This document shows, piece by piece, positions 1 through 10,606 of a stretch of 64,000 nt of DNA (position 1 is the first letter of the stretch; every line of letters begins with the position of its first letter). Source of the DNA: an uncultured candidate division Zixibacteria bacterium. GTDB lineage: Bacteria > Zixibacteria > MSB-5A5 > GN15 > PGXB01. Under the pieces are notes generated by a model. The model was given only the letters and a program-made list of their open reading frames with translations, was not told the origin of the DNA and did no database searches. The stretch covers positions 64,001-128,000 of the forward strand of contig OY969724.1 of the NCBI GenBank assembly GCA_963702205.1. Reading direction: 5' to 3'. Both the position numbers and the translations under genes were made by a program.

Positions 1-346
1 GATTTCAACCCTTGCAAATGAACTGGGGCTGGACAAAAGCACTTTAAGCCGCACCATAGACAGCCTTGTCCAGCAGTGCCTTGTTCTGAGGAACATAAAT
101 GATGATGACAGGCGTTTTATGACCATCGAGTTATCAACCGAAGGAAAAAAATTTAATAAATTACTGAATGAAAGATACAACAGGATTTTCAGTGAAGCCA
201 TGAAAGATATACCCGGAGAGAACCAGGAACGGCTTCTGGAAGACATGGAATTATTTCTCATGATTTTAAACAGGATCAAACAGAACGGGTTACTGAATCA
301 AACTGATTGCTGTAATTTTTCAAACGAAAATCAAGAGGTAGAGTAG
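1..346 (+). CDS. MarR-family transcriptional regulator (5' truncated by window edge)
   Basis: Frame open from base 2: ISTLANELGLDKSTLSRTIDSLVQQCLVLRNINDDDRRF is a MarR winged-HTH with the DxR wing; C-terminal CC pair; 1 bp from hgcA start. Confidence 0.85.
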   Translation, partial: ISTLANELGLDKSTLSRTIDSLVQQCLVLRNINDDDRRFMTIELSTEGKKFNKLLNERYNRIFSEAMKDIPGENQERLLEDMELFLMILNRIKQNGLLNQTDCCNFSNENQEVE

Positions 347-347
347 C

Positions 348-1412
348 ATGTTAAATGATCAGGGTTTACGTACAATAGAACAGATTTCATGCTGTGCAGA
401 CTCTAAAGATTTAGAACAACAGGAATGGATGACGGGTTTCATTACTACCCCTCCCGGAAAAGTACCGGTTGCATCAACCGAATTGTCCCGGAAGGATATA
501 ACCGGTCGATGGAAGGCCAGGTGGGGTATTGGAAGAATGAAGTATACCATAGAGCCCGGATTATATGCCGTCGGCAATCCCGATTCTTCATCTCCTGTTT
601 TTGTCTCTGCCAATTACAAGATGTCATTCGACTTCCTGCGAAAAGATCTTAAAGGTATAAACGGATGGATACTGGTCCTGGATACAAAGGGCATTAATGT
701 ATGGTGCGCGGCAGGAAAAGGCACCTTTGGCACGGATGAGATCATAAGGCGTGTTGCCATGGTGCGCCTCGGGGAAGTTGTCAAACATCGGGAACTGATT
801 CTCCCGCAACTGGGGGCGCCGGGCGTGGCTGCGCACAGGGTAAAAAAGGCAAGCGGTTTCAGTGTCAGCTACGGGCCTGTTCTTTCAAGGGATATAGGAA
901 CGTATCTTTCAAATAATAGAAAAGCCACGAAAAATATGAGGCGAGTTTCCTTTACTATTAAGGACCGTGCGGCGTTGATACCCATGGAACTTATTCCATC
1001 TTTTAAATTACTGCCATACATATTTTTTTTAATAATTGCTATTCAGTTAATAGGGTATGGATATTTTGCCGCAAAGGACCTCTTGCTGTTTCTACCTTTT
1101 ATAGGTGCAATACTCATGGGGACCGTGGTCTTTCAATTATTACTTCCATGGATACCTTTCAGGTCTTTTGTTATCAAGGGGTGGATACTTGGCCTGCTCT
1201 GGAGTCTTGTTGTAGCCACCGGCATGGTCTTTGAAAACTGGCAGAGTACAGGGTGGTACTTTCTGCTTCCGCCCATTACAGCATTCCTTGCCGAAAATTT
1301 TACCGGGTCAACGACATTTACACATTTATCCGGTGTAAAAATCGAACTTAAGTATGGATTGCCGGTTATGCTGGTTTCAGTTATAATCGGTATAATACTG
1401 CAATTTATTTAA
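348..1412 (+). CDS. hgcA: Mercury methylation corrinoid protein HgcA
   Basis: Diagnostic cap-helix motif NVWCAAGK (GINVWCAAGKGTFG), corrinoid-binding N-domain, C-terminal transmembrane helices, ferredoxin immediately downstream. Confidence 0.97.
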   Translation: MLNDQGLRTIEQISCCADSKDLEQQEWMTGFITTPPGKVPVASTELSRKDITGRWKARWGIGRMKYTIEPGLYAVGNPDSSSPVFVSANYKMSFDFLRKDLKGINGWILVLDTKGINVWCAAGKGTFGTDEIIRRVAMVRLGEVVKHRELILPQLGAPGVAAHRVKKASGFSVSYGPVLSRDIGTYLSNNRKATKNMRRVSFTIKDRAALIPMELIPSFKLLPYIFFLIIAIQLIGYGYFAAKDLLLFLPFIGAILMGTVVFQLLLPWIPFRSFVIKGWILGLLWSLVVATGMVFENWQSTGWYFLLPPITAFLAENFTGSTTFTHLSGVKIELKYGLPVMLVSVIIGIILQFI

Positions 1413-1425
1413 AAGAGGCTTTGAT

Positions 1426-1731
1426 ATGAGACTTCTCAGCTATTTAAAAAACAATACACTCCTCCTGAATGAGGAAAAATGCATTGGATGCGGCGAATGC
1501 ATCGAAGTATGCCCGCACGAGGTATTTTCTCTGGAGGGAAAAAAAGCGCGAATTGCAAATAAAGGATATTGCATGGAATGCGGGGCATGCCAGAAAAACT
1601 GCCCGGTTGAAGCAATCAGTGTCGATGCAGGAGTGGGATGTGCCTCGGCCGTTATCACCGGGATGCTTACAGGTTCGGAACCGACATGCGGATGCTCGAC
1701 AGATGGTAACAAAAATTCAGGCTGCTGTTAA
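1426..1731 (+). CDS. hgcB: Mercury methylation ferredoxin HgcB
   Basis: Two CxxCxxCxxxCP motifs including CMECGAC, GVGCA, terminal CC; directly after hgcA. Confidence 0.96.
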   Translation: MRLLSYLKNNTLLLNEEKCIGCGECIEVCPHEVFSLEGKKARIANKGYCMECGACQKNCPVEAISVDAGVGCASAVITGMLTGSEPTCGCSTDGNKNSGCC

Positions 1732-1762
1732 TAAGTGCCCATGTCAGAAAAAGGAGTATATA

Positions 1763-2128
1763 ATGGATAGACGCAAAGAAATTATCAGGGAATACAAGGA
1801 AAACCCGCCGCCTGCCGGAATATTCAGGATGACCAATACCGCCAATGGTAAAATTCTTATAGGTAAAGGATTGAACGTGCAGGGTAAGATCAACAGCAAC
1901 CTTGCCCAGTTAAAGTTTGGGGGCCACAGAAACAAGGAACTGCAGCAGGACTGGAAAAAATATGGCTCGGACGCCTTTTCCTTTGAGGTGCTGGATTATC
2001 TTAAAGAAGATCCGGTCCATCCGGAAAGACAGGCAGATGAACTGGCGGCACTCGAGGAATTATGGCTGGACAAGCTAAAACCCTATGGTGAAAAGGGCTA
2101 TAATAAAGAGATCATCCCACTTGCATAA
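1763..2128 (+). CDS. GIY-YIG nuclease-family protein
   Basis: AGIFRMTNTANGKILIG...LQQDWKKYGSDAFSFEVL...GYN pattern; AAGGAG RBS before ATG 1763. Confidence 0.75.
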   Translation: MDRRKEIIREYKENPPPAGIFRMTNTANGKILIGKGLNVQGKINSNLAQLKFGGHRNKELQQDWKKYGSDAFSFEVLDYLKEDPVHPERQADELAALEELWLDKLKPYGEKGYNKEIIPLA

Positions 2129-2419
2129 GGACTGAGATAGTCAGTTTAATCCAACCATAACAGGATGATTCAGCTCGGTTGAGATCTCAAAGGCTCTTGA
2201 GAAGGTCAAGCAGAATATCGAATCTTATCCTATTCCATGATTCGCATTTAAGGGTCTGCCTGACTCCCTTAAACCACTAAATAAGATTTGAATCTTCTGG
2301 TGGGCTTTTTCCCTGGTCTCATCCTTGTATTAAATCGCTTTTTCAGGTAATTATTCCTAAAAAACATAATTAAGTATAATATACTTGGTTTATTTTGTTA
2401 TTTTAGTACTATTTACCAC

Positions 2420-3879
2420 ATGAATATTTCACCTCAAGATATATTATCGGTTCTTCGCCAGTACAATCCCTGGTGGTCCAGCACGCTGATCCAGGATCTT
2501 CCGCGGTGGCGCAGGGCAGCCTACAATGAAATAGATTTATGGTTACGTCATCCGCCTGCCCGTCGCGCTCTGCTTGTAAGCGGTGCCCGCCAGGTTGGCA
2601 AGACCACCCTTTTACTGCAAGCATGCGAGTCGCTGGTAGCAGATGGCACGCCGCCTCAAAATATACTGTATGCAACATTTGACCATCCTCTGCTCAAACT
2701 TGCCGGTCTGGACCAGGTGCTCAAACTCTGGCGTGAGTATGAGCCGGCGCAGGAGGGGACAGAATTTTTATTTTTGGATGAGATTCAGTTCATTCGCGAT
2801 TGGCAGGTCTGGCTCAAACATCAGGTTGATTTTGGAAAAAACGCCGCATCACTGTAACCGGCTCCGCTATGCCGCTGGTGACCGCCGGGCAAGAATCCGG
2901 TGTGGGGCGATGGCATACGATAAAACTGGCGACTCTTTCTTTCTTTGAGTTTCTCCAGATCAAAAAAATATCAGTTCCGGATCTTCCGGAAGTAAATTCA
3001 TTAACTCAACTTTTTTCCTGGACACCGGCTCAGTTCAACCGGGTTGGCGAACTCGCCCGCCCATTGGTGGGCTATTTCCATGATTATCTCCTGCGTGGCG
3101 GTTTTCCACAGAGCGCGCTTGTTCCCACAGTCGAAACGGCTCAGAAACTTTTACGCGAAGATATTGTGGACAAGGTCCTGAAACGTGACATGACAGCGTT
3201 GTTTGGAGTGAGGCGGGTTCTTGAATTGGAGCAGACTTTCCTTTACCTTTGTCTTCATGACGGCGGAATGCTTGATATGTCTGATCTTTGCAAAAATCTG
3301 GAAGTCAAAAAACCTACTGCTACAAACTTCATCAATCTTTTAGAAGCTACCCATCTGATTCATCGTCTTGCACCGCATGGTTACGGCAAGGAAATATTGC
3401 GAGCCCGGTATAAAATCTACATGGCGGATGCAGCCATCAGCGCAAGCGTATTGCTCAAGGGCAAATCAATGCTGGAAGACGAAACCGCCCTGGAAAGAGC
3501 AGTGGAAACCGCATTTTTCAAGCACGTTTTCACACGCTACTATAACGTTAGCGTTGGGTTCAGCTATTGGCGGGGCAAAAAGAACGAAGAAGTTGATATT
3601 GTCGCCCAGGTGCAGGGTCGCACTATTCCATTCGAAGTAAAATATCGTTATCAAAAAACAGGGCTTGGAGAACTGAAGGGTCTGGCCGCTTTTTGCAGTC
3701 AGAAGAAAATTGAGCGCGGCTATGTAATCACCAGGGAAATGAACGACTTCAGTCTTCTGCCGGTCAATCAGTCCCCTGTCAAGACAGTACTTTTAAAGGT
3801 TCCTGCCCCACTGGCCTGTTACTGGCTTGGTAGATCCGAATTGAAGCCCATTGAATTTTCCGAGGCGGCTGCCGAATAA
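2420..3879 (+). CDS. AAA+ ATPase with DUF4143-type C-terminal nuclease-like domain (frameshift at about 2836)
   Basis: Walker A GARQVGKT, Walker B FLDEIQ, GGFP, EVDIV..EVKY; ORFs 2420-2857 and 2869-3879 join if one A is added to the A6 run at 2836-2841 (FGKKRRITVTGSA). Confidence 0.85.
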
Positions 3880-4175
3880 TCTATAGTAAAGCGAGTCGGG
3901 CCAGGGAAGGCGGTTAGGATAGGCAAGGGAAATGCTGGAGGTCGAAAATCAGAAGTCGGGGGCAGGGTTAAAAAAACAGGCTGCCGTCTTGGCCAAAGGC
4001 TATGTCGTGCCAAGAAAGCGGTTCATCCTGTGGGGCCGGACCGGAAAGTAAGGGCCTTACAGCCTGGATGAAAGGTTCCCTCACAATTCCTCTTGACTTA
4101 AATCCTGCCCTGCTCTATAGATTGCTGCCCGATTTTGAGTTGGAGCTATATTTCTAATTGTTGAGGTAAGGTATC

Positions 4176-4547
4176 GTGTATAACCCGTGCTTGACTTGCG
4201 GTGCCTGCTGTGCCTTGTTTCGCGCGTCCTTTTACTGGGCGGAAACATCCGAATGCACCCCGGGAGGAGTCCCGGTAGAATTGACTGTTAAAATAAACGA
4301 TTTTTTAGTAGCCATGAAAGGATCAGAAAAGATCCCTCCCCGCTGTGACTGTCTTATCGGGGAAATAGGCGACAGGGTCTATTGTAAAATATATGAAAAC
4401 CGGTCTTCGATCTGCCGTGAATTCAAGCCTACCTGGGAAGATGATCAACCTTCACCAAGATGTGATCAGGCCCGCATTACCTGGGGTTTACTGCCCCTTA
4501 CACCTGACTCCTGGATGACCCCGGCAGGATTTCCAAAGGCAGCATAA
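4176..4547 (+). CDS. YkgJ-family cysteine cluster protein
   Basis: CxxCGACC N-terminus, Cxx[15 protein letters not shown]. Confidence 0.85.
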   Translation: MYNPCLTCGACCALFRASFYWAETSECTPGGVPVELTVKINDFLVAMKGSEKIPPRCDCLIGEIGDRVYCKIYENRSSICREFKPTWEDDQPSPRCDQARITWGLLPLTPDSWMTPAGFPKAA

Positions 4548-4726
4548 TCCCTGGTTTCCCATGAAATATAAATGCCTTGACACATAGCTGGATTTTCCAT
4601 ATATCTTGATCACCGGAAACAATTAATTTATATGCTATTTTTTACAGTTTGTTCTATTAAAACGGGATATACAGAGGCCACATTTATTAATGTGTCAACC
4701 TAAAAAGTTTCAGATAAAAGGAGATT

Positions 4727-5740
4727 ATGAATATGCTGACTAAAAGACAAAACCTGATAGAAACAATAAAAGGAGGAAATCCCGACAGGTTCGTAAACCA
4801 GTACGAGGCCCTCGTATGCCAGGATACCATGTTCGGCATGATCATGGGAGACCCTGTTACTGCAGGCAATCCTTCTGTTATGCCCGGAGGCCAGATTGTA
4901 AACGGATGGGGAGTCACCATCCAGTGGCCCGAAGGACTCCCCGGCCCGTTTCCCGTCCATGACGAAGAACATAAGGTTATCAAGGACATCACAAAATGGC
5001 GAGATGTCGTAAAGGCACCCAGGCTGGATTATCCCGCGTCAGACTGGGATCAATATAAACCGGGCATAGAAGCGATTGACAGAAACGAAGTATTTGCAAC
5101 GGTTTTTATAGCTCCCGGCGTCTTCGAGCAGACCCATTACCTTATGGGAGTTGATACATGTTGTATGAACCTGGTGATGGAGCCGGAAGCAATGAAGGAA
5201 CTGATTGACTACATCACGGAATGGGAACTTGGATACGCTGAGCTGCTTTGTGAACATTTCAAACCCGATGCAATATTCCATCATGATGACTGGGGCAGCC
5301 ACACTTCATCATTTATGTCTCCTGATATGTTCAACGAATTTTACGTGCCTGCCTACAAGAAGATCTATGGCTATTACAAGGAGCACGGTGTCGAACTTAT
5401 CGTGCATCACAGCGATTCTTATGCCGCAAATTTTGTACCCTATATGATTGAAATGGGAATTGATATCTGGCAGGGCTGCGTTACAACGAATAATGTCCCG
5501 GAACTGGTCAAAAAGTACGGCGGCCAGATTTCCTTTATGGGTGATATAGATAATGGTGTTATCGATCGTGAAAACTGGACCAGGGAAGTTATCGCAAAGG
5601 AAGTAAGGAGAGCATGTGAGACAAACGGCAAACTCTACTTTATTCCAAACGCAACCATGGGCGGCCCCATGAGTACCTATCCCGGTGTTTATGAGGCTGT
5701 TTCCGAAGAAATAGATAAGATGAGCAAGGAGATGTTTTAG
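4727..5740 (+). CDS. Uroporphyrinogen decarboxylase / methylcobamide methyltransferase-family protein
   Basis: HDDWG, HHSD, ISFMGDID motifs typical of the URO-D-like family. Confidence 0.8.
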   Translation: MNMLTKRQNLIETIKGGNPDRFVNQYEALVCQDTMFGMIMGDPVTAGNPSVMPGGQIVNGWGVTIQWPEGLPGPFPVHDEEHKVIKDITKWRDVVKAPRLDYPASDWDQYKPGIEAIDRNEVFATVFIAPGVFEQTHYLMGVDTCCMNLVMEPEAMKELIDYITEWELGYAELLCEHFKPDAIFHHDDWGSHTSSFMSPDMFNEFYVPAYKKIYGYYKEHGVELIVHHSDSYAANFVPYMIEMGIDIWQGCVTTNNVPELVKKYGGQISFMGDIDNGVIDRENWTREVIAKEVRRACETNGKLYFIPNATMGGPMSTYPGVYEAVSEEIDKMSKEMF

Positions 5741-5765
5741 TCAGTCTCTCTTTTCTCTGTATTTT

Positions 5766-5803
5766 AAAAAAGGCCGGACTCTTTTAAAGAGCCCGGCCTT
5801 TTT
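5766..5803. terminator. Intrinsic terminator (likely bidirectional)
   Basis: AAAAAAGGCCGGACTCTT...AGAGCCCGGCCTTTTT hairpin with A-run and T-run, just after the stop at 5740. Confidence 0.8.
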
Positions 5804-5911
5804 CATTCTGCTCCTTCTGTAATTTTTTTGTCAGGCAGTACTATCCTCTTGCATTTATCGTATTTATGTTTCAAATATATTATTACGTCTAGCTGTTATC
5901 GAGGAATAAAA

Positions 5912-6715
5912 ATGTATAATATAGAGCGGAACGATGTTGTTATCAAATCCTGGGCCGATCTTTGCGAAAGGATATATGAAGGTTCGTGGCAGGAAGATAT
6001 CATGCGCTTTCGTTCCAACTATGCATTCAGGGGACTATCCGACAGGGATTTCAAACTTTTGACCAGCTTTTCGCGCAACTGCGGAGACCTGGCACCCCTA
6101 GAATATCATCTGCTCAGGAGCTTCCGGAAATATGCCAGGCTCAATGATGTTGACATAGCAGCGGATTCCCACTGGCGCTGGCTGACCCTTGCACAGCATC
6201 ATGGCCTCCCTACAAGACTCCTTGACTGGACTTACTCTCCTTTTGTTGCACTTCACTATGCAACAATGGAAACTTCAAAATATGATAAGGACGGTATTAT
6301 CTGGAAAGTGGACTATGTTAAGGCAAACCGCTTACTTCCGGAACCGCTCATAGGCCAGCTTAAAAATGCAAATGCCCATGCGCTGACAGTGGGAATGCTC
6401 GAAAGGACTTTACCGGACATTAGAAGTTTTGATAAGTTATCCACGGAACTGCTTGTTGCATTTTTTGAACCGCCTTCGATAGACGCGAGGATAGTGAACC
6501 AGTTTGCGCTTTTTTCATTTATGTCAAACCCCGGCGCCGGAATGGAGGAATGGCTTGTAAAACATCCTGAACTTTTCAGGAGGATCATTATCCCCAGCAA
6601 ACTGAAATGGGAGATAAGGGACAAACTGGACCAGGCAAATATAACCGAAAGGATGCTCTTTCCGGGCCTGGACGGGCTTGCATCATGGCTTAAGAGATAT
6701 TATCAGCCCAGATAA
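5912..6715 (+). CDS. FRG domain-containing protein
   Basis: AFRG, AQHHGLPTRLLDWTYSPFVALHYA, RIVNQ, LFPGLDG. Confidence 0.92.
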   Translation: MYNIERNDVVIKSWADLCERIYEGSWQEDIMRFRSNYAFRGLSDRDFKLLTSFSRNCGDLAPLEYHLLRSFRKYARLNDVDIAADSHWRWLTLAQHHGLPTRLLDWTYSPFVALHYATMETSKYDKDGIIWKVDYVKANRLLPEPLIGQLKNANAHALTVGMLERTLPDIRSFDKLSTELLVAFFEPPSIDARIVNQFALFSFMSNPGAGMEEWLVKHPELFRRIIIPSKLKWEIRDKLDQANITERMLFPGLDGLASWLKRYYQPR

Positions 6716-6759
6716 TTTTTAAAAAACCAATATTACAGGGAACAAGGGAATCAACAGAA

Positions 6760-7752
6760 ATGAATATTAATGACATCATAAAAAAATCGCATTCAGGCGA
6801 TATATTATCTCATAATGAACTCGTCCATCTGCTGGATCTTCCGCCTGACTCAATCGAAAGCCTTATGGTAATGGCTGAGGCGTCCAGAGTTTCAAAGGAA
6901 TTATCCGGAGGAAAGGCCGAAGTACATGCGCAGTTTGCTGTCAATCTTGCGCCTTGCCCGTGCGAATGCCTCTTCTGTTCCTTTGCCGGTGTGAACAGGA
7001 TATTCAGCGAAGCCACGGAACTCACCCATGAAGAGGCTGTAAATTATGCACTAAGGTTTGAGGCGGATGGTGCAAATGCGATTTTCATGATGTCCACCGC
7101 AAAATATCCATTTGAACGTTTTCTTGAGATATCCGGGGAAATCAGAAAAAATTTAAAACCTGAAACCATGATGATGGCAAATATCGGAGACCAGGATCTG
7201 AAAAATTCTATAAAGCTCAAAGATGCCGGTTTTATCGGGGTGTACCATGTTGTACGCCTGCGTGAGGGTATTGACACCGGCCTTCCTGTTGAGCAGAGAA
7301 TAAGGAGCATCAACAATTTTAAAGAAGCAGGTCTGAAGATAGGTACATGTGTCGAGCCAGTCGGACCTGAACACACCAATGAAGAACTTGCCGACATGAT
7401 AGAACTTACGGCATCCTTTGAACCTGCGTTCAGTGGCGCTGCGAGAAGAATACCCATTCCCGGAACAGAGATTTTAAAACGGGGAATGATCACCGAACTC
7501 AGGATGGCCCAGATAGTAGCGGTCACAAGGCTTGGAATGCCGAGAACTGTAACAGGCAACTGCACCCATGAACCCTGTACCCTGGGTGCAGTTGCCGGGG
7601 CGAATCTGTTCTGGGCGGAGGTCGGTGCAAATCCCAGGGATACAGAAGAAAAAACCGAAGAAGGCAGGGGGGAAACGGTTGAAAGCTGCCGGAAGATCTT
7701 CAAAGAAAGCCAGTGGGATGTATGGGACGGTCCGTCCCGGTATTTCAAATAG
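6760..7752 (+). CDS. Radical SAM protein (biotin-synthase-like fold, function unknown)
   Basis: CxxxCxxC (CPCECLFC); C-terminal AGAN motif. Confidence 0.8.
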   Translation: MNINDIIKKSHSGDILSHNELVHLLDLPPDSIESLMVMAEASRVSKELSGGKAEVHAQFAVNLAPCPCECLFCSFAGVNRIFSEATELTHEEAVNYALRFEADGANAIFMMSTAKYPFERFLEISGEIRKNLKPETMMMANIGDQDLKNSIKLKDAGFIGVYHVVRLREGIDTGLPVEQRIRSINNFKEAGLKIGTCVEPVGPEHTNEELADMIELTASFEPAFSGAARRIPIPGTEILKRGMITELRMAQIVAVTRLGMPRTVTGNCTHEPCTLGAVAGANLFWAEVGANPRDTEEKTEEGRGETVESCRKIFKESQWDVWDGPSRYFK

Positions 7753-7804
7753 GGGTCAAAAAATTTCAGGTATTATCTTTGCATAAAATAAAACAGCAGG
7801 AGAC

Positions 7805-8200
7805 ATGATGAAAAAAATATTGATCTGTTTTGCGGCAGGATGCCTGGGTGCTCTGATAAACAGCCTGGCAGTATGGGCAGGTGGTCATTTTGGTATTGCA
7901 GGATCACTCGGCGTATCAATAGCGCCCGCATTAACTCCCCCCTGGCTTTATCCGCGAATCGTGTGGGGCGGCATATGGGGTTTTGTATTTCTTTTTCCGG
8001 TATTGAACTCAAAAGCGTTTGCAAAGGGAACACTTATAAGCCTGTTTCCCACTCTTATACAGCTCTTTGTGGTTTTTCCATATAAGGCACACAAGGGCAT
8101 GGCCGGCCTGGAGCTCGGGCTTCTTACCCCGATATTCGTGCTTGTCTATAACTGGATATGGGGAGTGGTTACATCCCTGACAATAAAGTTTTCGCGATAG
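7805..8200 (+). CDS. Small integral membrane protein
   Basis: About four hydrophobic helices; AGGAG RBS. Confidence 0.7.
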   Translation: MMKKILICFAAGCLGALINSLAVWAGGHFGIAGSLGVSIAPALTPPWLYPRIVWGGIWGFVFLFPVLNSKAFAKGTLISLFPTLIQLFVVFPYKAHKGMAGLELGLLTPIFVLVYNWIWGVVTSLTIKFSR

Positions 8201-8259
8201 GGTATTCAGGATCGAAATTGCCAATGCCATTAGAAAGGTTCTGGAGTTGTTACCCTGAT

Positions 8260-9066
8260 TCATTTTTTAATCACGGCCAGGGCCTTATCGATTGCCTGCT
8301 GGAAATCACTGTATGGTTTTGCACCGCGTATATATGAAATCCCCTTTACCTTATGCGGGTTCTCAGGATCAATTTTTGCTATGACAAACCCCGGAACGCT
8401 TGGTATATGCAGTTTGTCACCCAGGGAAATATTTTTATTCACCAGGCCTTCATATTTTTTTGAATCCATGCAGGCCTTGAATTTATTCATATCAAGATCA
8501 GCGAAAGATGCAATAGAGTTTATATCATTAATAGCCTGCTGCTCGAACATTATATCTTCATGCATTTCCCGGAATTTGCCCTGATCCGATGCGCAGTGGG
8601 CAGCTTCCGCAGCCCTGATTGCAGGCGTATCGCCAGGGAGCGGGTAATCAACAATAACATAACGCACCTTTCCTGTATCAATATAGTTCTTGACTATCTC
8701 GGGATAGGTTTCCTTTGTGAAAAGCGCACAATGAGGACATGAATAATCCGAAAACTGGACTATTATCAATCGGGCGGAATCGCTTCCCTGTATCAGATCG
8801 TTTCCAATATCGAATTCTACATCCTTGACTTCCGGATCAGGTGAACGGGTTTGCTGGCTTTGAAGCATCAGCTTCCGGAGTAATTCGCTATCCTTTTTAG
8901 CTGCCTCCTGCTCAACTGTAAGTTTATCAGTTTTTTTATCCTTATCTGTTGCAGCATCTTCTGCCAGTGCAATATACTGAAGGCTGAATATTATCAGTAT
9001 TACAGCGATAGCCGATTTCACCAACTTGGCACACATTACAAAATTCCTTTCAAATATCTTCACCAT
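8260..9066 (-). CDS. DsbA-family thioredoxin-fold protein
   Basis: FSDYSCPHC, AAEAAHCA, GAKPY; N-terminal hydrophobic signal. Confidence 0.85.
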   Translation of the reverse strand: MVKIFERNFVMCAKLVKSAIAVILIIFSLQYIALAEDAATDKDKKTDKLTVEQEAAKKDSELLRKLMLQSQQTRSPDPEVKDVEFDIGNDLIQGSDSARLIIVQFSDYSCPHCALFTKETYPEIVKNYIDTGKVRYVIVDYPLPGDTPAIRAAEAAHCASDQGKFREMHEDIMFEQQAINDINSIASFADLDMNKFKACMDSKKYEGLVNKNISLGDKLHIPSVPGFVIAKIDPENPHKVKGISYIRGAKPYSDFQQAIDKALAVIKK

Positions 9067-9184
9067 AAAGAGGCATGATTTAATTATCGCCTGTTAAGGC
9101 CCCTGAATCCGGTATTCCTGATATAATTACTATTACCGGGGATACTCTTTGTCAATCCTGAATCTTAAACTCATGTATATGTTT

Positions 9185-9510
9185 TTGTGAAAAGGTCATC
9201 ACCTTCAGAGAAGTCCCAAATCAATTTCGGAGAATTGCATGATTGTTATTCCGGCTTATTTCGCCCTCAGCAGGCAAAGGGCATTGTTTTTCAGGATGGG
9301 ATCGTCTGATAACCGGCAACCAGGTATGCGGTGTTTTAATTTTTAAGGATCAATTGCACAGACATAATGTGCTCCTCTTATATTTCTCTGATCCTTAAAA
9401 ATAAAACACATGTATTGAGGGTATTCGATCCCGTCCTGAAAAATGATGCCCTTGCCGGACCAATGCCGTACCAACGTCCATGAAAGTTGCATATATAGTC
9501 TTTCACAACA
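9185..9510. repeat. Foldback (long imperfect palindrome) dispersed element, copy 1
   Basis: Arms 9273-9352 and 9389-9456 are reverse complements; homologous to 49883-50129 on the opposite strand; outer limits approximate. Confidence 0.7.
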
Positions 9511-9647
9511 GCAGCCGGTACAAAATTCAGGTAATAATTTCCCTCATTTAAAAAAAAGGGTTTAAGCGGCAGCAAAGATATCGTAATATAGCCCGGCAGC
9601 TCGATTTCGAATAACATAACTTTATTGACAGGAAAGGCAGCATTGAC

Positions 9648-10574
9648 ATGAAGACAATTGTTACAGGCTCGATGGCATATGACAGGATTATGGAATTTCA
9701 GGACAGTTTTTCAGGGTATATACTCCCGGAAAAGATCGATAATCTGAATGTGTGTTTCACTGTAAACGGGATGAAGGAAAGATTTGGCGGTACGGCCGGA
9801 AATATTGCATACGCACTCAAACTTATGGGAGAGATCCCCGAAATATCCGCTGCCATAGGCCAGGATCATGCAAAGTATACAGGATGGCTCAAACAGAATG
9901 ATATTCCTGTTCATATGATCAGGGTAATGGAAGATGATTACACCGCATGTGCCTATATCACCACCGACCATAAAGGGAACCAGATAACAGTGTTCAACAC
10001 AGGGGCAATGAACAATTCCTCATGTCTTGATTTTGACACGCTTGATCCGAATGAAACCATTCTCATAGTATCTCCCGGCAACCTGGATGATATGGTAGAT
10101 TACCCGCGTCAATGCAAGGCAAAGGGTATAAGCTACATTTTTGATCCGGGCCAGCAGCTTCCTGTCATCCCGCCGGAGGATTTAATAAAATCCATTGAAG
10201 GATGTAAAATCCTGATATCAAATGAATATGAACTGGATATGATCATGACCATAACAGGGCTCGATAAGGACGCGCTCCTTACGCGTACGGAAACCATTAT
10301 CATGACCAGGGGAGAATCCGGTTCAAGGATCATCCTTTCAGGCGCGGAGACCGATATCCCGGCGGTAGAGGCAAAACGGGTTCTTGACCCCACAGGTGCG
10401 GGTGATGCTTACAGGGGCGGCCTTATCAGCGGGCTTGTAAGGGGCATGGATATTAAAAAGTCTGCAATCATGGGCAGTGTATGTGCTTCCTTTGCAGTGG
10501 AGTGCTATGGCACACAGGAGTACAGTTTTACCGGACAGGAATTCAATGAAAGGCTCGACCGGATTGCCGCTTGA
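9648..10574 (+). CDS. PfkB-family carbohydrate/nucleoside kinase (adenosine kinase-like)
   Basis: GSMAYD, FGGTAGNIAY, DPTGAGDAYRGG. Confidence 0.9.
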   Translation: MKTIVTGSMAYDRIMEFQDSFSGYILPEKIDNLNVCFTVNGMKERFGGTAGNIAYALKLMGEIPEISAAIGQDHAKYTGWLKQNDIPVHMIRVMEDDYTACAYITTDHKGNQITVFNTGAMNNSSCLDFDTLDPNETILIVSPGNLDDMVDYPRQCKAKGISYIFDPGQQLPVIPPEDLIKSIEGCKILISNEYELDMIMTITGLDKDALLTRTETIIMTRGESGSRIILSGAETDIPAVEAKRVLDPTGAGDAYRGGLISGLVRGMDIKKSAIMGSVCASFAVECYGTQEYSFTGQEFNERLDRIAA

Positions 10575-10606
10575 TCACGGTATCTCATTATCAGGGGAAA
10601 CAAAAA

